A DNA stretch of 64,000 nucleotides. Source: Escherichia coli (GTDB lineage: Bacteria > Pseudomonadota > Gammaproteobacteria > Enterobacterales > Enterobacteriaceae). The stretch lies in assembly GCF_046105845.1 (NCBI RefSeq), contig NZ_CP151004.1; one strand, written 5' to 3'. The notes beneath the pieces were generated by a model that was not told the DNA's origin, searched no databases, and saw only the letters and a list, made by a program, of their open reading frames with translations. Below are positions 23,803-33,127 of this stretch, in pieces (position 1 is the first letter of the stretch; every line of letters starts with the position of its first letter). The translations under genes and the position numbers were made by a program.

Positions 23803-25215
23803 TTATTTCCGCAGTTCAGCAGCCCGCTTCTTACCAATAAACAACCAGCCCAGCCCCAGAGCGATAAACCACAGCGGGGTAACCAGCAGCGCCTGGCGGG
23901 TATCATCTTCCAGTGTCAGCAGCACGACCACGAACACAAAGAATGCCATACATACCCAGCACATCAGCTTGCCGAGCGGCATCTTGTAGATTGATTTCTC
24001 ATGCAGGTGCGGACGCTGTTTGCGATACACCAGGTACGAGCAAAGGATAATCGTCCAGACGAACATAAACAGAATCGCGGAAACGGTTGTAATCATCGTG
24101 AACGCGCCAATCACGCTGGGATTCACATACAACATCACCACGCCGCCGAGCAGGCAGATGCAGGAGAAGGTCAGCCCTTTCGCGGGTACTGCGCGCTTAG
24201 AGAGTTTAGCGAACGCTTTCGGTGCCACACCTTCCTGCGCCAGACCAAACAGCATACGACTGGTAGAGAAGACGCCGCTGTTAGCGGAAGACGCCGCAGA
24301 GGTCAGCACCACAAAGTTGATCACGCTGGCAGCCGCAGGCAAACCTACCAACACAAACAGCTCAACGAACGGGCTTTTCTCCGGGACTACCGAACTCCAC
24401 GGCGTCACGGACATAATCACAATCAGCGCGAAGACGTAGAACATAATGATACGGATCGGAATGGAGTTAATCGCGCGTGGCAGTGATTTCTCTGGATCTT
24501 TGGTTTCCGCAGCTGTTGTACCTACCAGCTCAATCCCTACGAAAGCGAAAACCGCTATCTGGAATCCGGCAAAGAAGCCACTTAAACCTTTCGGGAACCA
24601 GCCGCCATCATTCCACAAATGCGCGAATGACGCTTCCACACCGGTCGGTGACTGAAAGTGCATCGCCACCATGACCAGGCCGACGACAATCAGCGACACA
24701 ATGGCGACGATTTTGATCATCGCAAACCAGAACTCCATCTCACCGAACATTTTCACGGTGGCGAGGTTGAGCGTCAGCAGCAGCACTATCACCGCCAGCG
24801 AGGCGACCCAGTCGGAGAGCTCGGGGAACCAGAACTGAGCATAAGCCGTGATCGCCACCACGTCTGCCATACCGGTTACAACCCAGCAGAACCAGTAAGT
24901 CCAGCCGGTGAAATATCCTGCCCACGGCCCGAGTAAATCGGAAGCGAAGTCACTAAAAGATTTGTATTCCAGATTCGAAAGCAGCAATTCCCCCATTGCC
25001 CGCATCACGAAAAAGAGCATAAAACCGATGATCATATAAACGAAAATGATCGACGGCCCGGCAAGGCTAATCGTTTTGCCGGACCCCATAAACAACCCCG
25101 TACCAATGGCACCGCCAATGGCAATAAGCTGAATATGTCGGTTTGTGAGATTGCGCCGTAGCGACTGTTCAGCCGGAGCCTGATCATCGGCAACGACTTT
25201 TACCTGATCTACCAT
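23803..25215 (-). CDS. cycA: D-serine/D-alanine/glycine:H+ symporter (APC family)
   Basis: 470-aa polytopic ORF recognised as CycA. Confidence 0.95.
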   Translation of the reverse strand: MVDQVKVVADDQAPAEQSLRRNLTNRHIQLIAIGGAIGTGLFMGSGKTISLAGPSIIFVYMIIGFMLFFVMRAMGELLLSNLEYKSFSDFASDLLGPWAGYFTGWTYWFCWVVTGMADVVAITAYAQFWFPELSDWVASLAVIVLLLTLNLATVKMFGEMEFWFAMIKIVAIVSLIVVGLVMVAMHFQSPTGVEASFAHLWNDGGWFPKGLSGFFAGFQIAVFAFVGIELVGTTAAETKDPEKSLPRAINSIPIRIIMFYVFALIVIMSVTPWSSVVPEKSPFVELFVLVGLPAAASVINFVVLTSAASSANSGVFSTSRMLFGLAQEGVAPKAFAKLSKRAVPAKGLTFSCICLLGGVVMLYVNPSVIGAFTMITTVSAILFMFVWTIILCSYLVYRKQRPHLHEKSIYKMPLGKLMCWVCMAFFVFVVVLLTLEDDTRQALLVTPLWFIALGLGWLFIGKKRAAELRK

Positions 25216-25236
25216 GTTTTTTTCTTCCTGTACCTG

Positions 25237-25247
25237 TCTGTGTTGTT
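25237..25247 (-). promoter_or_regulatory. C/A-rich element in the cycA 5' UTR (candidate GcvB pairing site)
   Basis: The minus strand reads AACAACACAGA about 20-30 nt upstream of the ATG. cycA is a reported GcvB target, and GcvB pairs with CA-rich leaders. Confidence 0.35.
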
Positions 25248-25523
25248 CAGGCTCTACGGCCTTTAGTCAGTCTATGATACGACGAATCTGTATCGGGACT
25301 CATCGATATTAGGTAACAATACGCGGGATGAATACTAAGATTTAGATCTAATGTTAATTTTATGTTTAAAGTGAGTGTCATATCACGGTGATAACGCGAA
25401 ACAGCTCACAAAAATACACGCTTACGCGGTCTTTGCAACACAAAATAGCGCCGTTTGGCAAACTGAAGGGGTTATTGCTGAATGCCTGCTCCCCTCTGGC
25501 TCGAGGGGAACAGAATGCGCTGC

Positions 25524-26144
25524 TTAGAGGATTTCCAGCAGTTCGACTTCAAACACCAGGGTGCTGAACGGAGGGATGGACGCGCCTGCGCCACGCTCGC
25601 CATATGCCAGTTCCTGCGGGATAGTCAGTTCCCATTTAGAACCTACCGGCATCAGAGTCAGTGCTTCAATCCAGCCAGGGATCACGCCGTTAACCGGGAA
25701 TTCAGCTGGCTCGCCGCGAGCAACGGAGCTGTCAAACACGGTGCCGTCGATCAGTTTTCCGGTGTAATGAACACGAACGCGGTCGGTACGTGCCGGAATT
25801 GCGCCTTCGCCCTGGTTGATCACGCGGAATTGCAGGCCAGATTCGGTGCTATTTACACCTTCTTTTTTGGCGTTTTCTTCCAGGTATTTCACACCTTCAG
25901 CAGCCATCGCCTGGAAACGCTGACGACGAACGGCATCGGCGCGTTCGTGGATTTCACGCAGCGCGCGGTGCACCACATCAACCGGAACAGCCGGATGTTT
26001 GCCTTCCAGCGCATCAGCAATGCCTGCAACCAGTGCTTCTGGCAGCAGCCCTTCCAGGCCAGATTCACTTAGTTGTTGCCCTACCTGCAAACCAATGCCG
26101 TAGCTTGCTTGCGCTTCGATGGTGTCAAAAGTTGGGGTGGTCAT
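25524..26144 (-). CDS. fklB: FKBP-type peptidyl-prolyl cis-trans isomerase (FKBP22)
   Basis: Start set at [12 protein letters not shown] (206 aa). Recognised as FklB. Confidence 0.93.
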
Positions 26145-26361
26145 CGTATTTCCTTTCTTAGGGTATAAAGTAGCGGGCAGCATATCAGCCACACTTCTTT
26201 GGGTAAAACTTTGTCGCGGGAATGATGACAAATCCCGGGGAAAAAGAAACAATAGCAATATCCCGTATGAATATAATAAAGGCGGGTTTACCACGGACAT
26301 CATAGCGTTAGCTTATTCATAGGCTATGATTGAGGAACAAGACGCGGAGCAGGAGGAAACC

Positions 26362-27000
26362 ATGCCCGGGCGCTTTGAACTAAAACCAACCCTGGAGAAA
26401 GTCTGGCACGCGCCGGACAATTTTCTCTTCATGGACCCGCTGCCGCCGATGCATCGTCGGGGGATCATTATTGCCGCCATTGTATTGGTGGTCGGATTTC
26501 TGCTTCCATCTGATGATACGCCCAACGCGCCGGTGGTGACGCGTGAAGCGCAGTTAGATATTCAGTCGCAATCACAACCACCGACAGAAGAACAGCTGCG
26601 GGCGCAATTAGTCACGCCACAAAATGATCCTGATCAGGTGGCTCCGGTCGCTCCAGAACCAATACAGGAAGGCCAGCCAGAAGAGCAGCCGCACCCCCCC
26701 CAAACGCAACCATTCCAGCCAGATAGCGGAATTGATAATCAATGGCGCTCTTACCGTGTCGAACCCGGTAAAACGATGGCACAGCTGTTCCGCGACCACG
26801 GGCTGCCCGCTACCGATGTCTATGCAATGGCGCAGGTAGAAGGCGCGGGTAAGCCGCTGAGTAATTTGCAAAACGGGCAGATGGTGAAAATCCGCCAGAA
26901 CGCCAGCGGCGTGGTGACGGGCTTAACCATTGATACGGGGAATAATCAACAGGTCCTGTTTACCCGTCAGCCGGATGGCAGTTTTATTCGCGCGCGGTAG
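26362..27000 (+). CDS. ytfB: OapA/LysM-like domain cell-division protein YtfB
   Basis: Start set at [10 protein letters not shown] (212 aa), with AGGAGG at 26351-26356. Recognised as YtfB. Confidence 0.88.
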   Translation: MPGRFELKPTLEKVWHAPDNFLFMDPLPPMHRRGIIIAAIVLVVGFLLPSDDTPNAPVVTREAQLDIQSQSQPPTEEQLRAQLVTPQNDPDQVAPVAPEPIQEGQPEEQPHPPQTQPFQPDSGIDNQWRSYRVEPGKTMAQLFRDHGLPATDVYAMAQVEGAGKPLSNLQNGQMVKIRQNASGVVTGLTIDTGNNQQVLFTRQPDGSFIRAR

Positions 27001-27091
27001 ATGAAGGGTCAACCAGAAGCCAGCTAAGGAGCGTCTCTTTGATGACCTTACGTCTGGCTTCCAGTGCCTGGGGTGAAACCATACTGATATG
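26984..27091 (-). pseudogene. ytfA: ytfA 3' fragment, separated from its 5' part by the IS insertion
   Basis: Joining 28840 to 27091 continues the ytfA frame: ...LGLVY|[35 protein letters not shown]. The 35 codons end at TAA 26984-26986. Boundary uncertain by a few nt. Confidence 0.55.
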
Positions 27092-27260
27092 TTGACATCC
27101 TCCACGCCCTGAAGGACGTGGATCCCTGCTACGTTCAGGCTGTCGCCTGAATCATTTCGGTGGGTTCCTGCTTCAACGAGCGGCCTGACTGCACCATCTC
27201 TCCACAGGCAAGAACGGCGTGCCCCGCCGCTAAAATGTTACGAGCGCCGTTTACATCGGC
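27076..27260 (-). ncRNA. Predicted omega-RNA (reRNA) of TnpB: scaffold from the tnpB 3' end plus RE, guide from flanking DNA
   Basis: Inferred by analogy with characterised TnpB systems; there is no direct sequence proof of a transcript. The putative 16-nt guide is CATATCAGTATGGTTT (27091 down to 27076, minus strand). Confidence 0.4.
27102..27121. repeat. RE subterminal imperfect hairpin
   Basis: CCACGCCCTGAAGGACGTGG: CCACG/CGTGG plus CC/GG stems, TGAA loop, C/A mismatch. Same architecture as the LE hairpin. Confidence 0.85.
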
Positions 27261-28343
27261 GTTCGCTGTATATCCACATGCCTGGCATCTGAATTGACTT
27301 TGTGACAGGCGATTTTCTTTCGCTGTATGACCACAGCACGCGCAACGCTGGCTTGTGTACGCTGGCGGAACAGCAAGCACCTGACCGCCACGCCAGAGCT
27401 GCTTGTACTCAAGCTGGCGGCGCATTTCATACCAGCCCTGATCCTGTATCGAACGGTTTAAACCTGATTTTGCCCGGACATTGCGCCCCGGCTGGCTGAC
27501 CGTACCCGCTGCTGACTTTGACATGTTGCTGACCTTCAAATCCTCAATGACTATCATTGCGTGGTTTTTGCTGACGGTCGTTGTGACTTTGTGAAGGTAG
27601 TCCCTGCGGATATTTGCGATACAGGAATGCAGTCGCTGTATTTTGCGTTTCTGCTTCTGCCAGTTGTTGCTGAATTTGACCTTGCGGCTTAACTGTCGCT
27701 GAAGTCTCGCCAGCGTCTTCTGGTTTTTCTGAAAACTGTTTACAGGCCCAAAGACTGTGCCATCTGACAGCGTGGCGAGTTTAGCCACGCCAGCATCCAG
27801 CCCGACCATTGATGCTGAAGGGTGAACCGGAGTTGATACTTCATTTTCAGTCTGAATACTGATGTACCACTTACCGCAGGACTGGCTGACAGTGACATTT
27901 TTCACAACACCCGTGACCTGACGGCTATTCCGGTAGCGCATACAGCCAAGTTTCGGCAGAAAAATACGGCTGTTTTCCTGATCGAGCTTAACGCCCTGCG
28001 GGTAGCGGAATGCATCATTCTGTCCCCGCTTTTTGAATCGGGGAAAAGCAGCCCGCTTCTGGAAGAAGTTTTTGTAAGCCCGCTCAAGGTCTTTCAGTGA
28101 CTGTTGCAATGGCTGTGACGGGGCATCTTTAAGCCATTGCGTTTCAGTGGCATTTTTCCACTCAACCAGCCAGGAAGCCATTTTCCCGTAAGGGATGTAT
28201 TTATTACCGGCCTCATGATTCTCATTCTGAAGCGCCAGAGCACGATTGAAAACGAAACGACATGCGCCTGCGAAGCGCCTCATTTCACACTCCTGTTGAC
28301 CACCTGGTCTTAACTGGAATTTAAATGCCTGTAATCGTTTCAC
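27135..28343 (-). CDS. tnpB: TnpB (IS605 OrfB family), putative RNA-guided DNA endonuclease
   Basis: 402-aa ORF with a GTG start. RuvC-like motifs GLDAG (D183), IVIEDL (E267) and NADVNGARN (D363). Zinc finger CACC...CQAC (C334/C337, C353/C356). Resembles K-12 InsQ/YdcM as I recall it. Confidence 0.9.
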   Translation of the reverse strand: MKRLQAFKFQLRPGGQQECEMRRFAGACRFVFNRALALQNENHEAGNKYIPYGKMASWLVEWKNATETQWLKDAPSQPLQQSLKDLERAYKNFFQKRAAFPRFKKRGQNDAFRYPQGVKLDQENSRIFLPKLGCMRYRNSRQVTGVVKNVTVSQSCGKWYISIQTENEVSTPVHPSASMVGLDAGVAKLATLSDGTVFGPVNSFQKNQKTLARLQRQLSRKVKFSNNWQKQKRKIQRLHSCIANIRRDYLHKVTTTVSKNHAMIVIEDLKVSNMSKSAAGTVSQPGRNVRAKSGLNRSIQDQGWYEMRRQLEYKQLWRGGQVLAVPPAYTSQRCACCGHTAKENRLSQSQFRCQACGYTANADVNGARNILAAGHAVLACGEMVQSGRSLKQEPTEMIQATA

Positions 28344-28350
28344 AGGTCAA

Positions 28351-28782
28351 ATGATACTTTGGTCTATGAAAAAAGAAACCGATATCCGGCGTGGAAAGCA
28401 TTGTGTTTTCCTGATGCATGTTCACCTGGTCTTTGTCACCAAATACCGACGCCAGATTTTTGACCATGACGCGAAAGAAAAACTACGCACTTACTTTTCA
28501 AAGGTATGTGCTGATTTTGAAGCTGAACTGGTTGAAATGGATGGCGAACCAGATCACGTCCATTTGTTAATTAACTATCCTCCCAAACTGGCGATATCCA
28601 GTCTGGTAAACAGCCTCAAAGGCGTATCGAGTAGGTGACTGCGACGAGATCGACCAGATATTGCAGTCAGGTATTACTACAAAGGCGTTTTGTGGAGTCC
28701 TGGCTATTTTGCCAGTAGCTGCGGAGGTGCGCCAATATCCGCCATCCGTCAATACATTGAACAACAGCAAACACCTGGTTAG
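28351..28782 (+). pseudogene. tnpA: IS200/IS605 Y1 transposase TnpA interrupted by an in-frame TGA
   Basis: HUH motif HVH (H69-H71) lies in the 95-aa ORF. TGA at 28636-28638. The same frame continues LRRDRPDIAVRYYYKGVLWSPGYFASSCGGAPISAIRQYIEQQQTPG to TAG at 28780-28782. The catalytic Tyr (RQYIE) is downstream of the stop. Confidence 0.8.
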
Positions 28783-28803
28783 GTGGAAAACCGCGCCTTA
28801 TAT

Positions 28804-28823
28804 CCCCGCCCTGAAGGACGGGG
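28804..28823. repeat. LE subterminal imperfect hairpin
   Basis: CCCCGCCCTGAAGGACGGGG. It differs from the RE hairpin at two positions that are compensatory in the stem (A/T versus C/G). Confidence 0.85.
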
Positions 28824-28839
28824 TTTTACGGCGCACTGG

Positions 28840-29055
28840 ATAAACCAGGCCAAGCGTATGCTGGTTGATCAAATAATATCCCCCAAGCGCAGCAATATTA
28901 ATATTCACCTGCAATGGGTCGCTATCTGCCTTAAAAATATTGTGTTTCTTCCCTTCATCCAATAATTCCATTAAATGCAAGTGCGCATGATTAATTTCTA
29001 AGAGACGCTGTGATTTTGCATAATGCACACCTTTACTTTGGTTTTCACTATGCAC
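28840..29055 (-). pseudogene. ytfA: ytfA 5' fragment (TetR-family remnant) fused to IS-derived codons
   Basis: The 85-aa ORF (28798-29055) begins at GTG as [14 protein letters not shown]. Its last 13 codons ([13 protein letters not shown]) are read from the IS LE. The frame stays open upstream to a stop at 29182-29184 with no start codon. Confidence 0.6.
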
Positions 29056-29405
29056 AATTTTTAAAAACCTGGGATTAGCAATATAATAACCCCAGGTAAA
29101 ATCGATGATTTTTTCAATGGATTTTTGTGGCTGGTTAACCTGCTGATTAACGAACGCACCGATACCGACAGCGTAGAATAATTACATACCGCACAACAAG
29201 AATGTATGGTGTAAGGCGTTGTCAGTCATCTCCCTCCCTGGATGCATCGTTATATCCGTGATGAGCGATTTTTGATATTAATATCTTTCACCATCCGCTA
29301 TCTTCACTACTTCAGAAAACAAACTTATTTTTATTAATATCGATTATTTATTCTGTGCACATTCAGCTGCGATATTTATAAAAAAATTAAACAGGCAAAA
29401 ATACA

Positions 29406-30200
29406 ATGACATTACCAACCACTATTTATTCATTTCCTGCATATTCACCCCGTTTTTCGTCCACCGACAAACCAGTAAAATTAAAATTTCATCAATACGC
29501 ACGCGCTACATTACTTTCAAATCGTGGAAGAGATCATAATTGCGATGGCAGACATACTGTTGAGATCCACAAACTAGATCTCTCAGACTGGCAAGCATTC
29601 AATAAGTTAGCGACGAGGTGTAATGCTTACGATGGAATAACAATGAATGGTGATAATTCTTTTGGATGGAACCATGAAGCTACATTAGATAATATTCACG
29701 CCCAGAAATACAATAAAGCTTACGCGGGTGCGAGGTTAACCGCAGAACTGAAATATTTATTGCAAGATGTCGAATCCTTCGAACCCAACAGTAAATACAC
29801 AATACACGAGGTTGTTTTGGGACCTGGTTATACTACTCCAGACTATACCGGCCAATCGATAGGATACGTTGTAACCCTTCCTGCCCAAATGCCTAATTGC
29901 TGGTCATCTGAACTACCAACAATCGATCTTTATATCGACCAACTTCGCACTGTTACAGGCGTTTCTAATTCCCTCGGATTCATCATTGCTGCATTGCTAA
30001 ACGCGTATTCTGATTTACCCCATGATTTGAAAATTGGTCTGCATTCCTTATCAAGTTCAGCAGCAATCTACTCGGGTTTGGGTTTCGAGCGAGTGCCGCA
30101 GGAGCGAGACATCAGTTGCGCTCGTATGTATCTAACGCCAGCAAACCATCCTGACTTATGGACACAAGAGAATGGTGAATGGATCTACTTGCGAAACTAA
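29406..30200 (+). CDS. yjfZ: Uncharacterised protein YjfZ
   Basis: 264-aa ORF recognised as YjfZ. AT-rich upstream region. Confidence 0.85.
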   Translation: MTLPTTIYSFPAYSPRFSSTDKPVKLKFHQYARATLLSNRGRDHNCDGRHTVEIHKLDLSDWQAFNKLATRCNAYDGITMNGDNSFGWNHEATLDNIHAQKYNKAYAGARLTAELKYLLQDVESFEPNSKYTIHEVVLGPGYTTPDYTGQSIGYVVTLPAQMPNCWSSELPTIDLYIDQLRTVTGVSNSLGFIIAALLNAYSDLPHDLKIGLHSLSSSAAIYSGLGFERVPQERDISCARMYLTPANHPDLWTQENGEWIYLRN

Positions 30201-30222
30201 TACCTGACGAAAAATAGAAAGC

Positions 30223-30250
30223 AAAACGCCGACCACTGGTCGGCGTTTTT
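30223..30250. terminator. Bidirectional terminator between convergent yjfZ and rplI
   Basis: AAAACGCCGACC ACT GGTCGGCGTTTT: GC-rich 8-bp stem flanked by an A-run and a T-run. Confidence 0.85.
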
Positions 30251-30270
30251 ACGTCTCGTTGAATAACGAA

Positions 30271-30732
<462 letters not shown>

Positions 30733-30761
30733 TCAAAGTCGTATTAATGGACCGTGACCGA

Positions 30762-31308
<547 letters not shown>

Positions 31309-31314
31309 CAGAAA

Positions 31315-31815
<501 letters not shown>

Positions 31816-32036
31816 TGACATACCCCGCTAAACTCAAGGCCAGCCGACAAATAAATCTCATCTTTCACCAAATCGTACTAACACGCTGATTTGAAGTTCA
31901 TCACACTTCATCATGGTGTTTTTTTGAACAACTGCATCAGAAATGGTCACCATCAACTTCTTTATCATTGATTAAAATTAAATCAGAAGATCATCACAGA
32001 GGAGAGCACACAAAGTCAGCCGTCGAGGAGGTATCT

Positions 32037-32312
32037 ATGTTCAGTCGTGTTTTAGCCCTTCTGGCTGTGCTTTTGCTAAGTGCAAATACATGGGCAGCCA
32101 TTGAAATTAATAACCACCAGGCCAGAAATATGGACGATGTGCAAAGCTTAGGCGTGATTTATATCAACCATAACTTCGCCACTGAAAGTGAAGCACGTCA
32201 GGCATTAAATGAAGAGACAGATGCGCAGGGCGCAACGTACTACCACGTGATTCTAATGCGGGAACCGGGGAGTAACGGCAATATGCACGCCAGCGCGGAT
32301 ATTTATCGCTAG
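32037..32312 (+). CDS. yjfY: YhcN/BhsA-family (DUF1471) periplasmic protein
   Basis: Start set at MFSRVLALLAVLLLSANTWA (91 aa), with GAGGAGG upstream. Recognised as YjfY. Confidence 0.9.
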   Translation: MFSRVLALLAVLLLSANTWAAIEINNHQARNMDDVQSLGVIYINHNFATESEARQALNEETDAQGATYYHVILMREPGSNGNMHASADIYR

Positions 32313-32352
32313 CACCAGGTATAACCAACGAAACATTGCCATAGTTTGCTTT

Positions 32353-32377
32353 GCCCCCTTCGCAGGGGGCTTTTTTT
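32353..32377 (+). terminator. yjfY terminator
   Basis: GCCCCCT TCGC AGGGGGC followed by TTTTTTT. Confidence 0.85.
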
Positions 32378-32440
32378 GAAAAACGGCTGCGGAATTAGAC
32401 CAGTTATCTCCCGAAGAAGGAAATTTCCGCAGCGCGTGTT

Positions 32441-33127
32441 TTACTTCTGCCCGTAATAAGCGTTAGGACCGTGCTTACGCATGAAGTGTTTATTCATGAG
32501 GTAGCTGTCGATATGATTCAGTTGTGGGTTAATGCCGCGGGCAATCCACGCCATTTTCGCCACTTCTTCCATCACTACCGCGTTATGCACCGCATCGTGG
32601 GCATCTTTCCCCCAGGCGAACGGCCCGTGCTGGTACACCACAATCCCCGGTGTATGCAGAGGCTCGGCGTTGCCCAGCGTTTCGATAATCACTTTGCCGG
32701 TGTTCAGTTCGTACTCGCCCTGCACCTCTTCTTCGCTTAATCCGCGCGTGCACGGGATGTCGCCAAAGAAGTAATCGGCGTGCGTAGTGCCTAACGCCGG
32801 GATCGCCAGCCCCGCTTGCGCCCATGCGGTAGCATGAGTTGAGTGGGTATGGACAATACCACCAAGCGACGGATAACGACGGTAGAGTTCGAGATGCGTG
32901 GCGGTGTCGGAAGACGGGCGATATTCCCCTTCCACCACCTTGCCGCTCATATCGACCACTACCATATCGTCTGCTTTCATGGTTTCGTAGGCGACACCGC
33001 TGGGCTTGATCACCACCAGCCTGCGTTCGCGGTCAATGGCACTGACGTTGCCCCAGGTAAAGGTCACCAGCCCGTAGCGCGGCAGATCCATGTTGGCTTC
33101 AAACACCTGCTGTTTTAGCTTTTGCAT
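32441..33127 (-). CDS. ulaF: L-ribulose-5-phosphate 4-epimerase
   Basis: 228-aa class II aldolase/epimerase ORF recognised as UlaF (SgaE). Confidence 0.95.
   Translation of the reverse strand: MQKLKQQVFEANMDLPRYGLVTFTWGNVSAIDRERRLVVIKPSGVAYETMKADDMVVVDMSGKVVEGEYRPSSDTATHLELYRRYPSLGGIVHTHSTHATAWAQAGLAIPALGTTHADYFFGDIPCTRGLSEEEVQGEYELNTGKVIIETLGNAEPLHTPGIVVYQHGPFAWGKDAHDAVHNAVVMEEVAKMAWIARGINPQLNHIDSYLMNKHFMRKHGPNAYYGQK

Larger units (their letters stand above)
27092..28839 (-). mobile_element. IS200/IS605-family insertion sequence (IS605 group, IS609-like), ~1.75 kb, LE at the high-coordinate end
   Basis: Divergent tnpA (Y1 HUH) and tnpB. Near-identical subterminal hairpins and no terminal inverted repeats. 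TCAA lies 7-10 nt 3' of the RE hairpin, as in IS608. The element interrupts ytfA. It is absent from this locus in K-12 as I recall it. Confidence 0.85.

Noticed and set aside
26923-27105. 60-aa - strand ORF ([15 protein letters not shown]...) spanning the IS right end and the ytfB 3' end
   Set aside because: It starts inside the IS RE and is in a different frame from the one that continues ytfA after conceptual excision. It is most likely an artefact of the junction.
28636-28638. The in-frame TGA in tnpA as a selenocysteine codon
   Set aside because: I could not identify a bacterial SECIS-like hairpin immediately downstream, and the position is not a Cys or Sec site in this transposase family. 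I treat it as a nonsense mutation with possible leaky read-through.
28661-28965. 60-aa + strand ORFs at 28661-28843 and 28783-28965
   Set aside because: The first is an alternative frame of the tnpA 3' region. The second crosses the IS/host junction antisense to ytfA. Neither has coding support.
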